In this document: positions 50,387 through 62,590 of the stretch, piece by piece | How the letters are laid out: each line of letters opens with the position of its first letter | Position numbering within the stretch: the stretch's first letter is position 1 | Source: Haliotis rufescens | Lineage: Eukaryota | Reading direction: 5' to 3' | DNA length: 64,000 nucleotides | NCBI RefSeq assembly: GCF_023055435.1 | Contig: NW_025963813.1 | Location: 38,440,001-38,504,000 of the forward strand | Translations under genes and position numbers: made by a program | Notes under the pieces: model-generated | Database searches by the model: none | The model's input: the letters and a program-made list of their open reading frames with translations, nothing else | What the model was told of the DNA's origin: nothing

Positions 50387-51272
50387 TAACTTCTTTAAGA
50401 AACGTGTTAAAAAACGCAAATCCAATGCATTGAGAATGTTCCATCAGTTTCGAGGAGGTCGAAAATGTCTAGATCATCAGGGTGACTCACCTGTTTGAAT
50501 CAGGAGAGAGGTGACACAAAGGATCGATGGTGTTCAAAATGATATTCTTGTATTAACCATACCTTTTATCAGGCTTTTGCTAAAACCAGATTAGCATTTT
50601 GTGTTAAATAAGTCCATCGTTTTAAGATCAGTATCTGACTCTATACGAGCATTTATCATGCACGCTTGGAGCAGCCCTCTTCATCATATTTGGAATCATA
50701 TAATCCCGAACCTGAAAGTGTAAGCAAGGGTAGATCTGTCACTAACACGCCTGGACCACCCACGCGATCATTCGACCTACGTCTTTAACAGACTGTTATT
50801 ATTTCATTGATAAAGTATCTGTTGTTATTGTAGCTTGATACTTAACCGGATACAGCTGCGATGTGTATTGTTATCTCATGTTAATGTGATGGTACCAGAG
50901 TGTTATATTAAGGGTTTGAATTATTCTCTTTCTTGTCATTGTGTGAGGCCCATTTCTGGTGTCCCCCGCCGCGATATTGCTGGAATATTGTTAAGAGCGG
51001 CGTAAAACCATACTCACTCACTCACTCTTTTCAACCTTCATCTTGGGTTGAACCTCATTTGGAAACTAATCAACTACTAAATACTTTTGACATATACGGG
51101 CATTCTGTCAATAAGAACAACTAAACAATGTTTGATAATTTCGATGCCCTCAGCCTATTATATACAGGAACGTTACACGACTAGGTATAGCATTCTAACA
51201 AGATAGGAAAGCAAATATTTGCAATGTAATATTAGTTTAATGTCGTACACATTACAATAAATACCGTCAGCA

Positions 51273-54200
51273 TCATTTGCAGATATCAACATCCGCATCA
51301 GGGAACACGGCAAACCCGAAGGTCCTTGCTGGTAGCATGAGGAGCCCGCCATAGGCCTTTTGAGGGGGCATGTCGGGGATGGTGTTGTTCACATAATCCA
51401 GTCGTTTACCATTTAGTGTCACATTCCTGAAATTACAACGTTAGTGTCTTAGATTCAATGCTTCCCTTGTACCAATAAGACTAAAGCGCCGATAACACAT
51501 CAGTCAGTTTGATGTTCGATAGAAATGTATGTGACATTACAGGTCACGTTTTAGTAGGTAGCACGTTATATTACGGCAAAGTCGTTGCATATATATATTA
51601 GCCTTTGTCATAAAGTATTAGTGTTCTGCTGCGCATTAGTCTCTACAGCATATGAATGATCATGTATCCCATACGTGCCTTGAAGTAAGGTCTATGAACT
51701 CTGGTCTGAGCCAGAAGAGATCCATATTCTTTTGGAATTGTGGGAAGGTGACGACGGTGGTGTAGATGTTGACGTTGATGATGTAGACTACAACACTTCC
51801 CGGCTTGTAGTTGTATACGCTATGTAAACATATGGGAAATTGTGAGACACAAGGATTAACATAGACACATCAGACCTCATTAAATTCCAGTACGTCACGG
51901 AAATGTGTGACCATAAAGCAGATATTTATGTTCTAGAAGTTGACGTTTAAAATATAAAAAGGAAGTAAGTAAAAATAAGAATGCTTGATAACGGTATTAG
52001 AACCTATGCCAAAACGTCGCTCTTCAATGTAATAAAGAAGTTGTTCATCCATAAATTCTTATCCTTACTAAGTACTACAACTTCTAAATGCCATTCAAAG
52101 AAGTAAAAATGAAGTGCTTAAACAGTATGTACTCGTCTCTGACTGTTCAATGTAACACATTCCAACTGTGTACCTGTTCTGTTTGGCACAGTGGGCGTAG
52201 ACCCTGAAACTGTTGCTTGAGTTGGTCTGCACAGATAACACGTTATTCCCAACAAGTCTCTTGTAGAGCAAAGTCAGCCAGTAGTCCTGGAATGTAGCAT
52301 TTGTCATACACAGGACATACATGTACATATACACACACATTTGATATAGATAAGAATGATTATGAACGAACATGTCTTGTATCAAATAAAAGCAACAAAA
52401 CCGTATTCATAAGAAATCTCTTCTAAAAGCAGAGTCGATTGCATGGTTCAAATTATATCCAATGTATCACTCACATGTATGCGCTTAAAGAGTAGGGATA
52501 TGACTCATATTGAAACTTTCACGAGTTCTTCACAGTTCGAATCAGAGACAGATACAGAATAAAAGAAACAGAAAAGATGAATTTTAGATCAAAAGATAAG
52601 ATTTTATTTGAACTTACCGGATAAGGTTCAAACGAGTTCATCTCGATGAGAGAATAATTTTTTCCATAGTATGATTGCCTCAAAACACCCTTAAGTCCCA
52701 TCCGTGAAGCAATCCCGAGCTTGTCTAACCATCTGAAATATCATGTCATTGAGATAGGCGTAGATCAAGGTAAGTCCATATACTGTAACAGGGTGGCGTT
52801 CATTTTACGTTCAGTAGACGACCCATGGCTTCGAGGTACGGTTTCACATTCATTCATTCCAGCAGGTTATACAACATATATGGTCATGTAGCCAGAGGCA
52901 TTATCCCTGCGACCTACACACTCCCAGACCAGCTTACACAAGACGAGACAATATAACTTCTCAACAGCTGACAAATGTCATCAGTATTTTTATGTTTATT
53001 TGCTGCTTCTGCTCCAGTTCCAGTATGGTCGTGAGATGCATGTGCCAAGTACATTCCTCTGTGGGATATGCTCGGCATAAGAACCCGATATGAATAAGGA
53101 TCAGGTGGTTACCATGCAGGGTCTGGCTGATTGTGTGGCATCATACCCTGATTGTCCATGAAGTCAAGACCCGTGAAGATCCGGGGTAGAATAGGTCTCC
53201 AACAACACATGCTTGCCGTAAAAGCCGACTGTGCTTGTCGTAAGAGGCGAATAACGGGATCGGGTGGTGAGGCTCGCTGACTTGGTTGATGCTGTCATCG
53301 ATCCCAAAAGCGCGGATCGATGCTCATGATATTAATCACTGGATTGTCAGGTCCAGACTCGATTATTTACAGACCACCGTCATATGGAATAGTGCTGAGT
53401 TCGGCGTTAAACAACCAACCTGCCAACCAACCCTGTTGTAAAGCTCTGGTTGGCCTGACTAGTTTATGTACAGTCCGCCTCACTATGCCTGGACTATATC
53501 TAACTGTCTCATAACAAAACATTCATCTATAACAAACGAGGCGATGGGGTAGACTCGTGGATAAAGCTCGCTGTAGACCCAGGTCTGATTCCACACATGG
53601 GTAAATTGCGTGTAGCCCCCAACACCACCCCCCCCCCCCCCCCCCCCAAACCACCCCTCCCCAAATCCCCCCCTCCCCCGTTATATGGGATAATGCTAAG
53701 AGAAGCGTAAAACCATACACAGTCACTCACTCATGCACGATACTCGTTATAAGTTAAAGAAAATAAAGTCAACCTTGAAAAGACAGGCAATACTCACAAG
53801 AACCCTGCGACATATCTGTCAGATACACCAGGAGTTCCCCCGCCATAGAATGTCGATGTCTCCCCAAGCCAAAGGGGCGTGTCGGGGTTGGAGGGGGTGG
53901 TGACGTTACGCACGGTTTCTATGTCAGATATCAGACTGTCCATCACCTTGGGGTCTGTACAGGCGTCCGGTGTACCAAAAGATTTGTAGGCGTAGTACCT
54001 GCACAGTAAATTGATTTCTGACCACAAAGTGTCTCCACTATACTGATTAAGAAACAGTCATATAAAAAAGTGAACTTAAAAGTAAGTAATTGAATAAACA
54101 TTATTGGATAGAGAATGATTCCAGTTCAAGACTCACTGGTGGAATGTTATCCTATCAACTGCTTTGCTTCCTTCCCCTTTGAAGAAACTGTAAAACAGTA

Positions 54201-56857
54201 AAAATAAATCCAAGAATCAGAGCCGTTTTATAATTGTTTTATACATTGGGTATTGTCAGTGACTCTTATTTTAGGAAATGAGATAGTGTCAGAGACACTT
54301 CAAAATATTGAAAATATCTGATTTAACATATTGCTGTAACAAAGCAATTGGGAACATTTATCTATGCTTATGAGGCATAATTGACAGTGATTCATAAACA
54401 CATGGTCATGATATAGTCGGAATCGTACACTCGAATCTGCTTTAGCGGAAATTTCTTATGAATTTTGAAGGGTTTTGTTGCATTTATTTACATTCAAATA
54501 ACAACGCTCTTGTTGCTGTTACCAATCTTGACATTTCTGTCACGTTCACTTCCACTTACTCTCGGAACACCAATGATTTCTTCCCTTTGATACCTGTAAC
54601 GTCTGGTCCAATCACCAAGGTGGATTCGAACCCAGTAGTAGACTTGAGTATTTCCCTAAGATGGGCAAAATCTCTCCCAAGCTGTGCTCCAGATATTGTA
54701 TCGGTGAAGGGTTCGGGAAAATATGAAGGTTCTAGAGACCAAACGAAGTAGAGTACAAAATTACGAATGTCATTTTTTCCCCATTGAACTACACAGTTTG
54801 AAATTTTCAACGTACAATTTAAGATTTGCAATGTACTCTTATGGCACGGGGATTAAACAAGGTATATTGTCACTTGGAGAAATAGAATGTGAAATAGATA
54901 GATGTTACGCTGTTCACTACCATTTCCGAGTTCAAATGCGGGTATCTTGTAGTTTCTGGCATTGCTATAGGTCATCAGTTCTTTGGCGTTGTCAGGGTCC
55001 CACTGTCCGTCTTTCCGCTTCAGCACGTTGAGGCCAAACACCAAGTCCCAACCCACAGTCTCCAGAAAGTTATTAAGTTTGTCCCATTCAGCACCTCAAA
55101 AATAATCAACCAAATGTACCATACAATACGTCCGTTCGTGGCATGATGAAGCCAAGGGATAGCTATGCCCGGATAAATATGCGAAGAGAAGAATTGCACG
55201 GCTACTTTCGGTGTTTACAAAAAAAACATGGCATCGCCCAATATATAAATTACAGTCCCAGAGAAGTCAAATCATTATGTAGGACAGTTGGAAAGACATC
55301 GCTTAACGTACGTACCACCACCAAGACCACGTAAGAACAGACTGCTAACGTGTTTGTAATCATTATCAAAATAATAGTCCACCAGTCTCTGAAAACATGT
55401 TAACTGCCAGTTGGCACCATCCGACAAACTAATCACTGGCTAAATGATGTAATATCGTATCAATGCACACATTCCAGGAACACTTGTTTTGGAACAGAGA
55501 TGAGAATACGCATTACGATGATAAATGTATGATGACATTATATGACGAACAGGTTAACACACTTGTGTGTACTAAGATATTACAAACTATGTACTTAGCT
55601 CGCCATCCCGTGATGATCCAGGTTAGGTCTTCAACCCATGCTTGCCATAAAAGGCGACTGTGCCTGTCTTAGAGGCAAATAAAGGGACCGGGTGGTCAGG
55701 CTCGCTGGCTTAGTGCATGTCATCTTACCCTGATGGCGTAGATTGATGCTCATGATGTCAGTCACTTGAATGTCTGGTTCAGACTCGATAATAATCGATT
55801 ATTAACAGAGTATATATAGCTGGAATATTGCCTTGTGCGGTTTTTAAACATAAATCAAACAAAGCACGCAAACGTTTGCTCAATACAATGTATATTCCCG
55901 AGACAAATATTACCTATCCCAGAACCCACTTGCGCGAAATTTATATCTATTTATCTTTCTAGTGTATTCATATGAGGAAATGCATTGCAGAATTAATGGC
56001 TGACATGTACATGTATGGGTTTGAACTTTGCAGTTGTCTGTACCTTATTGAAAGTGCCTGTGTTATTGTAACCACATTACTCCAACTTTCACAGGCGCTC
56101 TATTCCTTCAGGGAAAATAACACACTGTTTAAATGAAGGCAATAGGTTCGCTTTGAAATATTAAACGTCTTGAACCAATTCAACATTATTCAGTTATGAT
56201 TCTCGTGGTATTGAATACTTTCAAACCAGGAGTCACGTGTATGTCATGTAAACATACTAAGCTTTTCAATCAATTCTGTCATCGCAATTACCCCTGCCAG
56301 CTCAACCGTTATGAAATAATGACAGCTATGAACCAGTTCAACAATATTTAGTTTTGACTATCGTGGCATTGAATAAACTTCGATCATCACTGCCCAGAAT
56401 CATACCAGTATAAGTGGAGTCTGGACTTGTACCCCCATGACCCGTTGGGTCAAAGGTCATGAAGTCTCCAGGTGTTCCGCCTATCCTCAGGTAGCACGGA
56501 GACAATGCTTTCGCAAGCGTCTTCACTTTAGGTGAACTAGAAAAACAAGTCTTACAATAACAGGTATTCTCACAAACAAAAAAGAGTTGTTTTAGTTGAA
56601 ATTTAAAAGATTATTAATCATATTTATGTAAAATAGTGTTAAATGAAACTCATAAGGAAATGATACACTCACCCGAAATCGAGCCCCATCCAATTAATAG
56701 ATATTGGTAGCATTTGGGAATCAAATGTCACTCCAATGAAATGGTCATCTATCGTTGCTATTTCCTTGTCTGTAGCAACAGTAACAGAAACAGACTGACA
56801 CACTGTACATTGCACATGTAAGGAGCAGAGTATAACGAGCACACGTGTCACAGTCAT
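51273..56857 (-). CDS. HPSE: Heparanase-like GH79 gene F, complete, 10 exons, 478 aa
   Basis: Exons 56673-56857, 56406-56536, 54921-55094, 54560-54731, 54137-54187, 53798-53998, 52618-52732, 52174-52286, 51679-51819, 51273-51426. GNEPS and WLGETST; GC donor at intron 9. Confidence 0.92.
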
Positions 56858-57249
56858 GGTGTCAGCAGTAAAGTAAATGGAGATATAGAAATAAGACCTT
56901 TGATCTGGGGCACTGACTCTGATAAGCCAGGAATGCCAGAAACAGCTGCGTTCCCATCTCGATGATGGCAAAATGAAGCTAAAATGAGAAATATGCTTAC
57001 AAGGGAGATATATGTAACGTAATGTTAATTGCTGCATTGGCCTTCTCATTCCACAATTTTATCAGTTTGAGTTTCAATTATTACACCTTAAAGACGACGA
57101 TATTGAAATGATGATATTTCAGCTTATTTAAATGACATGATAATTGATTGTACATGCATATCTGGCGATCATTGAATGTTGTTGATTTTATATTAGTCAA
57201 ATAATATGTGTAGCTGAAAAGAATATAATTGAATAGATAAGATCACATT

Positions 57250-57480
57250 TACTTGCACTAACGGAACAGTCTGACTCACTTTACATTAATCATGTAAGGA
57301 TCAGAGTATAACAAGCACACGTCTCACAGTCATGGCGTCCTCAGCACTGCATGTAAGTACCTATATAAAGAAGTATAACATTTAATGTGAATGACTGACC
57401 TCGTGTCAATGGCAAAGCTCTGATAAGCCAGAACAGATAAAACAACTTGCTTATTTAAGTACGATGATGGATTTTTTTAA
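57250..57480 (-). pseudogene. Dead copy of promoter plus truncated exon 1 (C/D-type) upstream of gene F
   Basis: ATG at 57333 reads MTVRRVLVIL then TGA (57303-57301, TGC in paralogs). Its upstream flank matches the gene C/D promoter (TATA-like box, TGACCT, two GATAA). Confidence 0.8.
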
Positions 57481-57857
57481 AGTATAATAAAATGCTTTTA
57501 TGGACCCAGATATATCTGACATAACGTAATGAACCTATGTATTATGCTAATTGTACCAGTTTATCAAGTTTGACAGTGTACAATGATACTGCCTTAACAA
57601 GGTGAAGAAATGACAATGTCTTCATAATTAAACATATTCAGGTTTAAAAAAAAAACATGCGACCATTTATCATTGTATATATTTGTATACAACATTCACA
57701 ATCAACAGAACAATGAAGCCATGACATAACTATCATTTTTTTTATTGAATGTTATATTGTAAAGAGCCGCATGGTCAGTAATTGTGTGCATACCTTATCT
57801 TACTGTTCGAAAGATACATATTTAATATTTGTGATGCTGTTTTGTGTTTTAACACCA

Positions 57858-57990
57858 ATGTTGGTCGAAAGTACGCTCCATGCGGACTCTGGATTCGATT
57901 AGGTCCCAAGCAACCTATGTTGGTCGAAAGTACGCTCCGTGCGGACTCTGGATTCGAATAGGTCCCAAGCAACCTATGTCGGTCGAAAGA
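57858..57990. repeat. About 2.3 x 58-bp tandem repeat
   Basis: ATGTTGGTCGAAAGTACGCTCCRTGCGGACTCTGGATTCGAWTAGGTCCCAAGCAACCT repeated. Confidence 0.75.
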
Positions 57991-59419
57991 AGCTACTAAA
58001 TTGATCTCGTGGTCAGGTTCGGTGACATGGTTGATTGCAACCCAATCCAAATTGCGTGGATGGTTGCTCATGATATCAATCGCTGGAGGGTCAGATCCAA
58101 ACTGCATTATTAACAAGAAGCCATCATAGAGGTGGAATATTGTTAAATCTGCTTTAAGCAAACAAACTAAAATATATATTACTCACTTTACGACGTCACT
58201 TTTAGTCGTGAAGTAATAACTTTTTACATTGAACAATGTTTTCTTATTGAATTCGGCTCGTTACCGGCATCATGGGCATCGAAATGTCTATCTTAATAAT
58301 TATAGTATGCAGTCCTAATAATTTTCCATGATGTCGATGCACATATTAAAAAAAACAAAAAACATGTCGACTAGTTAAGTGACAATTGCTGTATCCAGAA
58401 TGTATCAACAATATTTTATCAATTAAGTTTCTAAGTTTAGACGAACTACTGTTTTTTTCTGAGGTCGAATTTTACGTTCATGTTATTTCACGATTCAGAA
58501 CGTTGTACACTCTTCTTGTTGTTGTTGTTTTTTAAAAAAAAATAAAAAAATTATGATTCGTTTTCATGATTCGTCACAGACATCAGGGGTTTTGATATGT
58601 TTTTCTAATTATAGCGTACCTTCTGAATAATTTCATTTAATGATGCCATGATGTGAATCTATAAACAAACAAAACCATGTCAACTAGTAAAGTGGCATAT
58701 GACTTATGCCGAATGTATCAACAATATTTTATCCATGACCATTTTACACGAAATGCTGCTTTTTCTGAGGTCAAGTTAACGAGTTTGTTTGACGTCCATG
58801 TTGTTTCACGCTAACACCGTTCTCAATATCACAATGAAGACTTCCCGAGGGTGACAAATTATAAAATGTTCACGTATGTGAAAGAGAGACAGCAAAGAGT
58901 ATGCGTAGGCATGTTCAGATGTCAATAAATCTCCTTTTGTGTATGCAACTGACAATTCAGAAAACAATTAACAAAACTAACCATGGAAGGCATTGAATAC
59001 CGGTAAATTGTCAAGTAGCCATGTAGGGAATATGTCCGGACATATCCAGACTGACACGTCCAGGTCAGCTTGACAGTTTGAACATTGATCTACTTAGTGC
59101 GAGCATGAACCTTTTCGACCAACATTTCTGACTTGAACAAGTCTTAACGACAATGTAAATGGTGTTCGTGGTTCAATAGCGATGTACATCATCTTGCATC
59201 AATAACGTGCAAGCCGTACCTAAATATTGACAATAGCGGATGACCTCGCTTAGGTGAACACTACCAAGCTGACTGTCGTTCATTTCCCGATGAACGGCAG
59301 TATGTCACGTGATTACGTTGTCAATCGAGCGGAGGCATACAGAAACTGCTTAAGGGTGATTCATCAATATCTAAAAATAACATTAAAAATCATTTGGGAA
59401 AAATGAGAGTCACATCGAG

Positions 59420-59710
59420 TCAGGCTATGAATGATGCAGGCTTTGAGGCCAGACAGATCATATATATGAAATGAAGTGTCCATTCTAATCTATAACAGAG
59501 AATGTTCGATTTACCCAAAGAAATCATTGAGCTCCACACCCTGTCGTGTATTGCTTCGGGACATCCAGCCACTCCGCCTCTGGCGGCAATTGGGTATGAC
59601 TCAAACACACTCCAAAAGTTCACAGAACGTTAATAGCAATCCATTTTCAGCATCAGCTGGGTCTGGATTTCTTTCCAACGCTAACTTTACTGGGTGCAAC
59701 TTTTATTCCC
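59420..59710 (+). mobile_element. Possible Crypton-type tyrosine recombinase remnant
   Basis: Frameshifted QAMNDAGFEARQIIYM / NEVSILIYNRECS...KKSLSS / FTGCNF resembles the C-terminal part of DUF3504-like recombinases. Confidence 0.45.
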
Positions 59711-59895
59711 AGCGAATGGCATTGCGGTAGCCGCCATTTTCTGCCGTTTATAAAAGCAAGGGATGTCACTCCAACTTGAATGTTTGGAACGGATGACGTC
59801 ACGACGTCACGACTCGCTCCGTTGATATAGTTCGCTTTAAATAATTAAAGTTTGATGTTTAATGGGTTATTTGGTTATGATTTATGTATCTATCA

Positions 59896-60037
59896 ATATA
59901 AGGATTGAAGCTGTATTTGTTGACGTTCATCAGCTGTCTCACCTGAGCAAATTCCATGATGCGCGAAGCATGATGCGTGAGGCACTGTCTTCATCAGCTG
60001 ATGAACGTCAACGAACACAACCTCAATCCTTAAATAT
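59896..60037. repeat. Inverted repeat with arms of about 40 bp
   Basis: AAGGATTGAAGCTGTATTTGTTGACGTTCATCAGCTG pairs with CAGCTGATGAACGTCAACGAACACAACCTCAATCCTT. Confidence 0.8.
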
Positions 60038-60559
60038 ACAATGTGCTGTTTTAAGCCTGCATGGATCTCGGCATTTGTGGAGTCAAACATGAGGTCCAGG
60101 GCAACTTGACTTGATTGCAGTGATGTTGCCAGCAACGATTGGACATTGAGAAGTGCTGAGCTAGAAATCAGCTAACTCTATCTGTTCCTGTCTTCGAGAC
60201 TGATTCGTCCATCACATATTTATGTTTATTTGTTCATGGTTTTTTAATTGCCGTAATTTGTGGGAGCTGATCTTGCCGCTTCTTCCCGACAACTCCAAAG
60301 AGACAAAAATGTCAACTCTTATTTCACATAATTTACATCTTGACCCTGGAGTGAAAAAATCACAGGATCACATAGTCTCTTTTTAACTCAGAGTATTGGG
60401 ACAATCTAATGCTTTGAGATATGCCTAATTCCCTTCGGTTATTAATAACTCTATCTGTTCTCAACAATTAGCAATGAACGAGTAATTGCTAATTGAGTTG
60501 TGTTTACTGTTTTTACTAATGTCCAAGAAATATCACAGTGGGGGACAACAGAAATGAGA

Positions 60560-60775
60560 TGTGAGCCTTTTCACATATATCGTTCCTTGGTGCAAAACGC
60601 TAAAATCAACTAATAGTCGGGTAGCCCATAGTGCTTGAAGCGCATTTGAGGGAAATCAACCCGGGCCTTCGGCCTGGCGTACGTGCGCTTCAAGCACCAT
60701 GGTCTACCCGACTATTAGTTGATTTTAGCGTTTTGCACAAAGGAATGATACAATGTATATGTGAATAGGCTCACA
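60560..60775. repeat. Fold-back inverted repeat with arms of about 85 bp
   Basis: 60560-60644 is the near-perfect reverse complement of 60684-60775. Confidence 0.85.
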
Positions 60776-61047
60776 CCTAATTAATGAAGTAACATTTAAA
60801 AATAGTCATGTCCACTGCTTACTTTCTTCATGTAAACGTGACGATGAATGCTCAATGCGCAGTCATGCAAATATCAATATCGTCTTCAGAAAAGGCATTA
60901 ACATTATTGCCTTTCAGAACTTTTAAGAGTCTTATTCAACCAGAAAAATATTTATCTACATTAACATCAAGAACCCTTCGACGTCCTTTTATTCAGTTGG
61001 ATTTTTACATCTCGTAGGAATGTAATTCTAACTTGAATGTCTTTCAG

Positions 61048-62590
61048 CTGGCGTTTTGAATGAAACAAGTTGTTTCTCTGTCCGTGCCAGTTGGGATCTC
61101 ATGTTTGGTCTGAATGGTCTTGAAAGACATGAAGGGCAATGGGATCCTACCAGTGCTGAGGTGTTCTTAGTCTACATCTCAAAGAAAGGATATCAGCAGT
61201 GTATGGCAATGAAAGGGTTGTTATCACCACTGTCAACTGAGTTTTGTTAATTTGTATGTTTATTTGTTTTTAATGCTGCACTCAGCAATATCCCAACTGT
61301 ATGACGGCGTCTGTAAATAATCGTCAGTCCAGTGACCTATATCAAGAGCATCGATCTACGCAACTTGGATCCGATGACAAGCATCAACAAAGTCAGCGAG
61401 CCTGATCTCACAGGTTCAACATAACAGTCACCGGCCAGGAGCTGAGTTTAGACTTTGAGTGACTGCAGAAGCTGCTTAGAGACCGTTCACACGTCAACAA
61501 CACTCTCATCCTTTTGCCTGATATCAACAGCATCACAGCCAACGACACACTCGCCTGTTTGGAACAGTAACGTAATTATGATTGTTCCTCACTGCCCATG
61601 TATGTAATATCTCGTGTTAGAGTATTTTCACCCTTTGTAATTGCAGAGAAGTGAATTTGGTTTAACACCCCTTTTAGCAGCATTCCAGTTATATCACGGC
61701 GTGTCAGCTTAATGTGGGAGGAAAGCCCGAAGTGATGCAGGTCTCAGACGTTTACCACTTCGGTGAAACCCCCGAGTACGGGTATGGTGCTGACAAACCT
61801 AGAAACAATCGGGGCGAACAGGGATTCGAACCATAGGTTTCTGGCGTGCCCAAGGGACGTGCCCCCATCTGAAACAGTCAAACTGAAACTAACCGGATCA
61901 GGGAGAAGGCGGCTGTGTAAAATGACAAGGTCAGTAACCGCCAGAGCAGCTGGGCCCTGTACTATAAGCAAGCAATGGTTATTATCATTCTTACATATTA
62001 CACGTGCACACATAATTATCATAGTTAATTGGCACTACTCGTTCATAATAAATATTACATGGCCTTATATTCCTATGGATAATAAAACTATAATTAATAA
62101 TAACATTATTGAATAACACACGCTTGACATTGCTGCACAAAAGCAAGGTAGCAACCTGTTTTGTGACACCATCTCATGTTCTTATTAAGAACAGGAATAG
62201 GCGGTCGGGTAGCCTAGTGGTTAAAGCGTTCGCTCGTCACGCCAAAGACCTTGGTTCGATTCCCGATATGGGTACAATGTGTGAAGCCCATTTCTGATGT
62301 CCCACGCCATGATATTGCTGGAATATTGCTAAAAGCGGCGTAAAACCATACTCACTCACTCACTCACTAGAACAGGAATAATCTTTCCAGTGGTACATTG
62401 TGTATAAAAGCAATTTGGATCCGTGCATGAACTGATAATAGTTGATATATGTAACTGTAGTTGCAGCTCGTTTCCAGGTGGCTTGATAAACTTGGAATCT
62501 CGGCCAGATATAGAATTAAAGGGTTGATGCGACAGGTGCTCCTCGAGGGCCCGAATAGGCTTATAATTATAAGCTCCTCATGGTCAACGA
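61048..62590 (+). pseudogene. Heparanase-like pseudogene G (remnants of exons 3, 4 and 7)
   Basis: 61048-61212: WDLMFGLNGL...GQWDPTSA...KGYQ with the FELGN motif destroyed. 61415-61566: FNITVTGQELSLDFE*LQKLLR...LPDI with in-frame TGA at 61460-61462 and the 5' end replaced by a SINE. From 62478: WLDKLGISARYRIKGLMRQ. Confidence 0.82.
62200..62368 (+). mobile_element. SINE family 1 copy
   Basis: Full copy with 12-bp TSD AGAACAGGAATA. Confidence 0.85.

Noticed and set aside
53523-53730. Gly-rich ORFs
   Set aside because: Caused by a poly-C tract inside a decayed SINE; possibly low-quality sequence.
19178-56857. C-F as uncollapsed haplotypes of one gene
   Set aside because: Introns, TE insertions and many codons differ far more than alleles would, and intergenic regions are distinct.
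56858-57049. Extended N-terminus of gene F in the 126-aa ORF
   Set aside because: Paralog comparison places the start at ATG 56857, giving the 185-nt exon 1 and a normal signal peptide.
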